Positions 24,634-32,000 of a stretch of 32,000 nt of DNA are shown one piece after another. Source of the stretch: an archaeon (lineage in GTDB: Archaea > Iainarchaeota > Iainarchaeia > Iainarchaeales > JANQMZ01). Both the position numbers and the translations under genes were made by a program. Location: NCBI GenBank assembly GCA_028279805.1, contig JANQMZ010000007.1:810001-842000 (forward strand), written 5' to 3'. The notes beneath the pieces were generated by a model that worked only from the letters and a program-made list of their open reading frames with translations, did no database searches and was not told where the DNA came from. Position 1 is the stretch's first letter, and the number at the start of each line of letters is the position of its first letter.

Positions 24634-27489
24634 ATGAGCAAAGGTTTGGAACAGTATTCTCATGAAAAAGAAAAAGAAATAATTCAATTATGGGAAAAAG
24701 AAAAAATCCGTGAAAAATTTTTAAAATTGAATAAAAATTCAAAAAAAACTTTTTACATGATGGACGGCCCGCCATATGCAACAGGCAGCATTCACATGGG
24801 AACAGCTTTAAACAAAATTTTAAAAGACATATCAATCCGTTCACAAAACATGCAGGGCTTAAACGTTTTTGCCCGTCCCGGATATGACACGCATGGCTTG
24901 CCAATTGAACATAAAGTGGAAAAACAACTTGGTTTTAAAACAAAAGAAGAAATTGAAGCTTATGGAATTGAAAAGTTTGTAAAAGAATGCAAAAATTTTG
25001 CAACAAAATTTATTGACACAATGAATTCAGAATTCAATGATTTGGGTTCATGGTTTGACTGGGACAATCCATACATTACACTGGAAAATGAATACATTGA
25101 ATCTTTATGGTGGACTTTTAAAAAAGCTGAAGAAAAAAATTTGCTTTTTTTAGGCAATTATTCGGTTCATGTTTGTCCAAGATGTGTTACAGCTGTTGCT
25201 TATAATGAAATTGAATATTCAAAACAAACAGATGAATCAGTTTTTGTAAAATTTCCGGTTAAAAATCTGGAAAACACGTTTTTGATTATCTGGACGACAA
25301 CTCCCTGGACTTTGCCGGGAAACACGGGAGTAATGGTTCACCCGAAATATGATTATTCTTTTGTAAAACTGAGTTCCGGTGAAACATTAATTATTGCATC
25401 TGAACTGGCTGAAAAATTAATGAATGCATTGGAAGCCGGTTTTAAAATTGAAAAAACTGTTAAAGGAAAAGAACTGGAAGGAATGCAGTATGAAAATCCT
25501 TTAACAAAACATATGCAATTGCCAAAACTTGAAAATGCTTACCGAGTAATTTTATCAGAACGTTATGTTAATTTGGATGAAGGCTCGGGATTGGTTCACA
25601 CAGCCCCTGGACATGGAAAAGAAGACTGGGAAGCCGGAACAAAAAACAATTTGCCAATAATTGTTCCCGTTGAAATGAACGGCTCATTAAAAAAAGAAAC
25701 AGGAAAATATGCAGGCAAAAAAGCACGCATTGTTGATAAAGAAATTATAAAAGACCTGGAAGAATCCGGAAACTTGTTGTACAAGCATCCTTACACTCAT
25801 GATTATCCTTTGTGCTGGCGTTGTGATTCTCCTTTGATTATGCTGGCAACTCCTCAATGGTTTTTGAAAGTTTCAGATTTAAGACAAAAACTGTTAAAAG
25901 AAAATGAAAAGACTAACTGGACTCCAAAATGGATGAAAGACAGAATGAAAAACTGGATTGAATCATTGTCAGACTGGCCAATTTCCAGGAACAGGTATTG
26001 GGGAACTCCTTTGCCAATATGGTTATGTGATTCCTGCAATCACAGGCTTGTTATTGGTTCAATTCAGGATTTGCCAAAACATGCTAAAATTCCAAAAAAT
26101 TTAGATTTGCACAAGCCTTACATTGATGAAATCAAGTTTCCATGCAAAAAATGCAACGAAAAAGGCACAATGACACGAGTTCCGGAGGTTTTGGATGTTT
26201 GGTTTGATTCAAGTGCAACATCTTGGGCTGCTTTAAATTATCCGAAAAAACAGGAATTGTTTGAAAAATTCTGGCCGGCCAATCTGAATATTGAGGGAAC
26301 TGACCAGATTCGCGGATGGTGGAATTCCCAGTTAATTGCTTCAATTATTTGTTTTGATAAAGCTCCTTTTGAAAACATTTCAACTCATGGAATGGTGTTA
26401 GATTTGTCAAAAATTAAAATGAGCAAATCAAAAGGAAACATTGTAACTCCAAAAGAGGTAATTGAAAAATATAACAGGGATTATTTGAGATTTTATTTGG
26501 CAAAAATTTCAAAAGGTTCTGACATGAAATTTTCCTGGGATGATTTAAAGGATATTCACAGGTTTTTTAACATTTTATTTAACACGGTTAATTTTGTTTC
26601 ATTATACTTGGATGTAAAGTTAAATGATGGAAAAATAAAAGAAAAGCTTGAACCGGAAGATTTGTGGATTTTAAGCAAAACCAATTCTTTAACCGAACAG
26701 GTTACAAATGCTTACAATTCTTTTACTTTTTATAATGCGGTTAATGCATTGGAACAATTTATAATGGAAGATTTAAGCAGAACTTACATTAAATTAATCC
26801 GGCCAAGAATAAATTCGGACTCGCATGAAGCAGCTTCACAAACTTTGGGTTATTGCATTAACGTTGTTTTAAAATTGCTGGCGCCAATTGCTCCGCATGC
26901 TTCAGAGTTTGTGTTTAAAAATTTTTCAAATGAAAGCATTCATTTACAACATTTTGCAGAATTAAACAAAAAGTTTTCAGATAAAAAAATTGAACATGAA
27001 ATGGATTTGGTTAAAGACTTATCTCAAACAGTTTTAAGTTTGCGTTCTGAAAACAATTTAAGGTTAAGATGGTTATTGGAATCTGTTGCTGTTCAAAACA
27101 TTTCCTTGCCAAAACTAAAAAATGTTCTGGCAAAAATGTGCAATGTTAGAAAAGTAACTGAAACAAAATCAAAATTAAAAGGAAAATTTGCACAAAAAGA
27201 ATTCAATAAGGGAATTGTTTATCTGAATCTGGACACTCCCGATGAATTAAAAGAAGAATGGGAATTCAGAGAATTGGTCAGACTGGTGCAAGATTCAAGA
27301 AAAAAATCAGGCTTAAATCCGAATGACATCGTTGAGTTAAATTTGGGTTCATCTGATGTTAATTTTTTGAAAAAATTTTCAAAAGAACTGGAAAAAGAAA
27401 CCAATACTAAAATAATTCAAGTTTCAGAAAAAGGGGAAAAATTGCTTGAAAAACAATTTTTTGTACAAATCGGAAAAAAAGTTAACTGA
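24634..27489 (+). CDS. ileS: Isoleucine--tRNA ligase
   Basis: DGPPYATGSIHMGTALNKILKD, GYDTHGLPIE, DQIRGWWNSQ, KMSKSKGNIVTP. Confidence 0.96.
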   Translation: MSKGLEQYSHEKEKEIIQLWEKEKIREKFLKLNKNSKKTFYMMDGPPYATGSIHMGTALNKILKDISIRSQNMQGLNVFARPGYDTHGLPIEHKVEKQLGFKTKEEIEAYGIEKFVKECKNFATKFIDTMNSEFNDLGSWFDWDNPYITLENEYIESLWWTFKKAEEKNLLFLGNYSVHVCPRCVTAVAYNEIEYSKQTDESVFVKFPVKNLENTFLIIWTTTPWTLPGNTGVMVHPKYDYSFVKLSSGETLIIASELAEKLMNALEAGFKIEKTVKGKELEGMQYENPLTKHMQLPKLENAYRVILSERYVNLDEGSGLVHTAPGHGKEDWEAGTKNNLPIIVPVEMNGSLKKETGKYAGKKARIVDKEIIKDLEESGNLLYKHPYTHDYPLCWRCDSPLIMLATPQWFLKVSDLRQKLLKENEKTNWTPKWMKDRMKNWIESLSDWPISRNRYWGTPLPIWLCDSCNHRLVIGSIQDLPKHAKIPKNLDLHKPYIDEIKFPCKKCNEKGTMTRVPEVLDVWFDSSATSWAALNYPKKQELFEKFWPANLNIEGTDQIRGWWNSQLIASIICFDKAPFENISTHGMVLDLSKIKMSKSKGNIVTPKEVIEKYNRDYLRFYLAKISKGSDMKFSWDDLKDIHRFFNILFNTVNFVSLYLDVKLNDGKIKEKLEPEDLWILSKTNSLTEQVTNAYNSFTFYNAVNALEQFIMEDLSRTYIKLIRPRINSDSHEAASQTLGYCINVVLKLLAPIAPHASEFVFKNFSNESIHLQHFAELNKKFSDKKIEHEMDLVKDLSQTVLSLRSENNLRLRWLLESVAVQNISLPKLKNVLAKMCNVRKVTETKSKLKGKFAQKEFNKGIVYLNLDTPDELKEEWEFRELVRLVQDSRKKSGLNPNDIVELNLGSSDVNFLKKFSKELEKETNTKIIQVSEKGEKLLEKQFFVQIGKKVN

Positions 27490-27649
27490 TTGCCTGCAAA
27501 ACAAGTATAACTATTATTATGACAAGAGACAATGCAATCACAAATTCCGGTGTGATTTTTGGCCCTGAAGCATCAGAGTCAGAAAATCTCATTAAACCAA
27601 GTGTGCTGCTTGGCTGTGAAACATTTTTGCTTTTTCTAAGTTTAACCAT
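27482..27649 (-). CDS. secG: Preprotein translocase subunit SecG / Sec61-beta (55 aa, not in the ORF track)
   Basis: Reverse-complement translation MVKLRKSKNVSQPSSTLGLMRFSDSDASGPKITPEFVIALSLVIIIVILVLQAIS*: basic N-terminus, PSSxxGLMRFxD, KITPEFV, single C-terminal TM. Confidence 0.93.
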   Translation of the reverse strand: MVKLRKSKNVSQPSSTLGLMRFSDSDASGPKITPEFVIALSLVIIIVILVLQAIS

Positions 27650-27723
27650 TTTTTCAGCCTAAGTAAAGTATATATAATAAGTCTGGGTTAAACCTTATAT
27701 ATTATACTGATGAGCATGATTTT

Positions 27724-28698
27724 ATGGCTGAACTGTCAGGAGATATAGTTAAAACTTTTTCAAAAATTTTAATTGTTTTAGTTTTAATCGGAGTTTTGTT
27801 ATACATTTTAACTTTTACCGGGACAATCAAATGCAAAACGGTTCCGGGATGGTGTAATATTTATTATTCAGTCAAAGGAAAGCCAACAGTTGCAATTGTT
27901 CACGGAGACAATGGTTTGGGTGACCCGTTTTTGTTACAGCAGTTACTTCAAAACCCTGAGCACGCAGGAATAAGTGCAAGAACAATTCCAATTGAAACAA
28001 TTAGCCTGGGAAACTTAAAAGATTATGAACTTGTTATTGTTGACAGAGCCAGAAAAATGTCTGCAGAACAAATGAAAATGTTCATAGATTATGCAAATTC
28101 AGGCGGAAATCTGGTCTGGACCGGAGACGCTGGGGCAGAACTGGAAAATGAAGAAAACTATTTGTATGAAGATGAAAGATTTGACGGAAACCAGCAACAT
28201 GTAATCATTGGGCCCTGGTCAAGAAAATTTAACAACAAAATGGTTTTGCTTGACAAAACCTTGTCAGTTCAGTTTAAGGAAAATTATTGCAATATCGGGA
28301 ATCAGTCAGCATGCCTTGAAGAACAGGAAAATTGTGCCGGCAAACTGATAACAGTTGACAGTGACCATCCTTTAACAAGAGCTTTAAGGCCTGAATTAAC
28401 TTTGTGTTTTTATGGAAAAAATGGTCCAGCCTTAGTTGAACCGACAAACACCGGTTTAAGCAAAACACTTTTATCTGTTGATTTCGGTTCAAATGTAAAT
28501 GTTGACGGTGAAAATATTGGAAGAACCTTGCCTGTAATCATTTCATCATCAGAATTAAGCTTTTTGGGATTGAATGTGGGAGAAAATGTTTTCTATTATG
28601 CAATTCCTCCCGAATTGTTATCCGATTCAAGATTGTCAGATGAACACAGGTATGACTCAATTTTGGGCAATTTATATTTCGGCATTTTGTTCGGTTAA
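27724..28698 (+). CDS. Membrane-anchored glutamine-amidotransferase-like / ThuA-like domain protein
   Basis: N-terminal TM (ILIVLVLIGVLLYILTF), GATase-like ELVIVDRARKMSAEQMKMFIDYANSGGNLVWTGDAG. Confidence 0.55.
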   Translation: MAELSGDIVKTFSKILIVLVLIGVLLYILTFTGTIKCKTVPGWCNIYYSVKGKPTVAIVHGDNGLGDPFLLQQLLQNPEHAGISARTIPIETISLGNLKDYELVIVDRARKMSAEQMKMFIDYANSGGNLVWTGDAGAELENEENYLYEDERFDGNQQHVIIGPWSRKFNNKMVLLDKTLSVQFKENYCNIGNQSACLEEQENCAGKLITVDSDHPLTRALRPELTLCFYGKNGPALVEPTNTGLSKTLLSVDFGSNVNVDGENIGRTLPVIISSSELSFLGLNVGENVFYYAIPPELLSDSRLSDEHRYDSILGNLYFGILFG

Positions 28699-28838
28699 AA
28701 CGCCAAAAAAGCATCAAAACATTTATAAACAACCATTTCTATTAGATTTACAATTTGTGCTGACAGCAAAAGTTATTTAAACACTGGACGCATAAATAGT
28801 ATTAACATATTCATTGAAAATAGTGAGGTTTGATAATA

Positions 28839-29672
28839 ATGGCTTATCCTGAAGATGATGGGGGCGACGTTGGAATGGCACCTAGCTTGGGCGGCGGAAG
28901 CCTGACAAGCAAATTAAAAAATTTTGAAGGTTTGATTCCTTTAATTTTAATCGGACTTATTGTTGTAGTCGGAGCCAGCATGCTTGGCTTTGTTGATCTT
29001 CCTTTTATTTCAAAACAGGGACCGGTTAACATGCTTGTAATTGGCTCACCTTCAATTCAAACACAGGAAATTTTAGATGAGGATAGGGACTTAGTTGTTT
29101 ACACCATAAGACCTGCCCAGTCTTTAACTGCAAATCCTGGAGAAGCTTTAGGAGAATATGATGTTGTAATGCTTGACCAGTCAGCACAATTTGACAAAAC
29201 AATTCCAAGAGTTTTAGGTGAAGCTTTGCAGAATTATGTTACAAAAGGCGGAAAATTAATTGTTGTTGCAAACAGTGGAATTGCAAGAGTTGGCGCTCCG
29301 GACGTAATCGGCTGGAAAGCAAGCCTTGGAGATGTTGTGCCGGTTGAATGTACAAGATTACCAAACGGAACTCCAAGCTGCCAGCAAAGCGTTTTTGTAA
29401 GAGGAGAAATCTGGAGACAGGATTTTGACCATCCAATAATGCGGGGAATTGAACTTGTACCTGCATTACCGGAATTGCCTCTTTTGGAACTTGAAACATT
29501 TGAAGTCAGTGAAACAGGAAACACAGTTGCATTCATTAAAAGCGCTGATACTCCTCAGTGGTATCCTGCTATAGTTGAAAAAAGACTTGTTTTAGGAAAA
29601 AGTGTTTATTTCAATTATAATCCTGGATTGACAAGAGGAATATTTGAAGCAACACTGGCTTATTTGAGGTAA
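28839..29672 (+). CDS. Second membrane-anchored GATase-like protein, paralogue-like to the upstream gene
   Basis: N-terminal TM LIPLILIGLIVVVGASMLGFV; YDVVMLDQSAQFDKTIPRVLGEALQNYVTKGGKLIVVANSG. Confidence 0.55.
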   Translation: MAYPEDDGGDVGMAPSLGGGSLTSKLKNFEGLIPLILIGLIVVVGASMLGFVDLPFISKQGPVNMLVIGSPSIQTQEILDEDRDLVVYTIRPAQSLTANPGEALGEYDVVMLDQSAQFDKTIPRVLGEALQNYVTKGGKLIVVANSGIARVGAPDVIGWKASLGDVVPVECTRLPNGTPSCQQSVFVRGEIWRQDFDHPIMRGIELVPALPELPLLELETFEVSETGNTVAFIKSADTPQWYPAIVEKRLVLGKSVYFNYNPGLTRGIFEATLAYLR

Positions 29673-29789
29673 AATTTACCTCAACCTTTTTCTTTTTTTT
29701 CCAATTTTTCAACATTTTTAATACTTTTGCAGCAGACTATTATTAATTAGCACAATAATTTGCAAAAAACTACTTTGGAGGTAACAATC

Positions 29790-30197
29790 ATGACTGAAAA
29801 AACAAAAACCAATGAAAACGACCCAAAAGCTGAAGCAAAAGAGACTCCTGTTGAAAAACCAGAAGCAAAGAAAACAGATGCTTCAAAGCCTGAAGCAAAA
29901 CCGGCTTTAAAGCAAAAAGCCCAGCTTGGTGCTGATAACACTGTTTTTGTAGGAAAAAAAGGAACAATGGCTTATGTTTTGGCTGTTGTTACACAATTTA
30001 ATGGCGGAGCAAAAGAAGTTACAGTAAAAGCACGTGGAAGAGCTATCAGCAGAGCAGTGGATGTTGCTGAAATAGTCAAACACAGATTTGTTTCAGAGGT
30101 TAAAATTGGCGATATTTCAACAACAACTGAAGAAGTAACGTCTTCTGACGGCAAAACATTAAAAGTTTCAGCAATAGAAATCAAGCTAAACAAGTAA
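29790..30197 (+). CDS. albA: Alba DNA/RNA-binding protein with Lys/Glu/Pro/Ala-rich N-terminal extension
   Basis: [60 protein letters not shown]; SD GGAGGT; about 45-aa low-complexity N-terminal tail. Confidence 0.93.
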   Translation: MTEKTKTNENDPKAEAKETPVEKPEAKKTDASKPEAKPALKQKAQLGADNTVFVGKKGTMAYVLAVVTQFNGGAKEVTVKARGRAISRAVDVAEIVKHRFVSEVKIGDISTTTEEVTSSDGKTLKVSAIEIKLNK

Positions 30198-30344
30198 ACG
30201 CTTGATTTTATTGTTTCTTTTTTTTATTTTTAAGCGGTTTTTACCAAAAGCGTTTTAAAAGCAAGGGTTTATTATGAATAAGTTAGGTTTTCAAAACCTG
30301 GCTTAAAAAGCTGTTTTTTGTTCAAAATACGAAAAGTTTTTAAA

Positions 30345-30372
30345 TATCATGATACTATCATGATACATCATG
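30345..30372 (+). promoter_or_regulatory. Tandem palindromic operator candidate (TATCATGATAC TATCATGATAC ATCATG)
   Basis: Two perfect 10-bp palindromes TATCATGATA at 30345-30354 and 30356-30365, 11-bp period, third partial copy running into the ATG at 30370; TATA-like TTTTTAAATAT overlaps. Confidence 0.65.
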
Positions 30373-30840
30373 TCTGACTTTGATTCTAATAAAAATTCCA
30401 AAAATGAAATTAAAGACATTATTGAAAAAATTTCACCAGATTTTAAAGAAACTTCAGCGGACTTTGAGGACATTGCAAAATATTCTTCTGATCCAATGGT
30501 TTTGTCTGCACTGGTTTTTAAGTTAGCGCAGGAGAAGGAAAAAACAAATAAAATGCTTAACCAGATTCATGACAAGTTTGACAAAATTTTGTTTGAATTA
30601 AAAAAATCTGAAACTGACACTTCTATCCCAACCACCACCTTTAGTGTTCTGCCGGAGCAGGACCAAAAGATCCTTGACCTTATCGAAACAAAAGGTATGG
30701 CCGAGGCAAGAGACGTTATGCAGATACTTGAATATTCAGGATTGAATGCTGCGTCTCAACGCTTAAACAAACTTTACAAGGAGGGGCATTTGAAAAAAAT
30801 AAGATCCGGTAAAAAAGTCTTATATCTTGCAAAGAATTAA
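30370..30840 (+). CDS. Winged-HTH transcriptional regulator-like protein
   Basis: N-terminal coiled-coil-like region; C-terminal ILDLIETKGMAEARDVMQILEYSGLNAASQRLNKLYKEGHLKKIRSGKKVLYLA. Confidence 0.75.
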   Translation: MSDFDSNKNSKNEIKDIIEKISPDFKETSADFEDIAKYSSDPMVLSALVFKLAQEKEKTNKMLNQIHDKFDKILFELKKSETDTSIPTTTFSVLPEQDQKILDLIETKGMAEARDVMQILEYSGLNAASQRLNKLYKEGHLKKIRSGKKVLYLAKN

Positions 30841-30848
30841 AACCCTTT

Positions 30849-30912
30849 GCTCTCACACACAAGAGCGTTAAGTGCTGACCCAACCACCAACCTTTTCACC
30901 ACTTAATCGCTC
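30849..30912. other. Long imperfect hairpin GAGCGTTAAGTG...CACTTAA(T)CGCTC with an alternative 5-bp hairpin GCTCT...AGAGC
   Basis: Arms 30863-30874 and 30900-30912, one bulged T; alternative partner 30849-30853 for 30862-30866. Confidence 0.45.
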
Positions 30913-30972
30913 GCCTCCTTTTAACCGGATTTTTTTTTGAATGCTCCTCCCTCCTTTGCCCTGTTTTTTTAA

Positions 30973-32000
30973 TCAGTTCAAAGAGCTTATTGCAATTTTT
31001 TGTTTTGAATTTTTTCTGATTTGAGTTAAAATTGCAAGCATGTTCCATTCTGTTAAAAGTTTTGACCTTGTTTTTATAACAGTTTTATTTTCATAATCGG
31101 TTTTTTCTAAAACATTTATTCCAAAAAAGTTTTCAGTCAAAAAATTTGATTCATTTTTGTTTTCAAGCCAGTGTACTACAAAGCCTTTGTTTTTTTCACT
31201 TGGAACAACGATTTCAACATACAAATAGGTTTGAGGTTTTAATTCAAGCTTTAATTTTTCTTCAAGTTCGTTTGTTCTGAATTCTTTTCCGGGAACAATT
31301 CTGTAATAAGCCAGCCATTCAAGTTTGTAAGATTCTTTTATTTCACCAAACTCTGAAACAATTGAATCAATTTTTTTCTTTTCAGCATTTTTTGGCAAGC
31401 CGTAAATGAATAAACCGTTTCCTTCTCCGTCCAAAGGATTTTTTGTAAACTCTTTTGAAAAATTAAAAACAGGGGTGCCAAAACCAAAGTTAAAAATTGT
31501 TCCGAAAAAAGCAGGCAAAAACAGTAAAAAAAGCAAACCAGCAGCCAAATTAAAAGGCTTTTTTACATTTTTTGTTCCTTGTTTCCATAAAAAATATCCA
31601 AGCCCTGTAACCATAATCAAAGGAATTGTAAAATTGTCAGAGAGCGAAAAAACATTATACAAAGGACCCAGAGCAAGGGGAATAACTCCGATAAAAAGCA
31701 TGGGGCTAAAATCTTTCAGTGTTTTGTTGCTTGTTTGTAAAAAATTTTTAGAAAAATAAATAGCCAAAAATAGTGCGGTTACAAGAAAAACAGTTGAACC
31801 TGCTCCCCCGTCAATTATTACTCCGGCAAGCCCGAACATTCCGATGTTAAAAACAAAAAAATCAAACAATTCAATTTTTTTAAGCATTGAATTAATATGA
31901 ATTAATCCAAAAACAATTACAAGCACAACAATAACAAGCAAAATTATCGCCCAAATTTCCGGGTTTTGTTGTATTTCATAAAGCGGTTGGCCTGAATCAA
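30973..32000 (-). CDS. Membrane protein, N-terminus beyond the right window edge (partial)
   Basis: Several TM segments; the frame stays open upstream of the called start 31941 (...DSGQPLYEIQQNPEIWAIILLVIVV) to the window end. Confidence 0.6.
   Translation of the reverse strand, partial: DSGQPLYEIQQNPEIWAIILLVIVVLVIVFGLIHINSMLKKIELFDFFVFNIGMFGLAGVIIDGGAGSTVFLVTALFLAIYFSKNFLQTSNKTLKDFSPMLFIGVIPLALGPLYNVFSLSDNFTIPLIMVTGLGYFLWKQGTKNVKKPFNLAAGLLFLLFLPAFFGTIFNFGFGTPVFNFSKEFTKNPLDGEGNGLFIYGLPKNAEKKKIDSIVSEFGEIKESYKLEWLAYYRIVPGKEFRTNELEEKLKLELKPQTYLYVEIVVPSEKNKGFVVHWLENKNESNFLTENFFGINVLEKTDYENKTVIKTRSKLLTEWNMLAILTQIRKNSKQKIAISSLN

Noticed and set aside
1-32000. CRISPR arrays, IS elements and integrases
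   Set aside because: No regularly spaced repeats, no transposase or integrase motifs and no terminal inverted repeats were seen in the window.

Overview
This 32-kb window looks like an AT-rich archaeal chromosome, probably DPANN-like (thermosome, Alba, Sec61-beta, archaeal EndA, histone-fold proteins, hexamer-like RBS in places). That lineage call is inference from protein content. Housekeeping content is: a glmS-glmM-acetyltransferase operon; a HerA-like ATPase; trpS; endA; a tight five-gene isopropylmalate/homocitrate-type operon with two Lrp/AsnC (RAM) domains; a Ser/Thr kinase-like gene; thermosome; a P-loop kinase; a small membrane channel-like protein; tRNA-Ile(UAU) followed by ileS; secG; two membrane-anchored GATase-like proteins; albA; and a wHTH regulator. 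The best candidate for an undescribed system is the compact cassette at 15383-20365 (minus strand): ParB-like A, PD-(D/E)XK nuclease, minimal SNF2 translocase, ParB-like B, SPPY DNA methyltransferase. A 15-nt perfect direct repeat brackets it. Reading between the supplied ORFs also gave three small genes missing from the track: a truncated histone-fold protein (9604-9780), a Trm112-like zinc protein (14691-14867) and Sec61-beta (27482-27649). It also gave a strong C/D-box sRNA candidate whose D guide matches the universal 16S decoding-region sequence and predicts methylation at the C1402 equivalent, plus several structured intergenic elements. All assignments come from reading motifs by eye; no database search was run.
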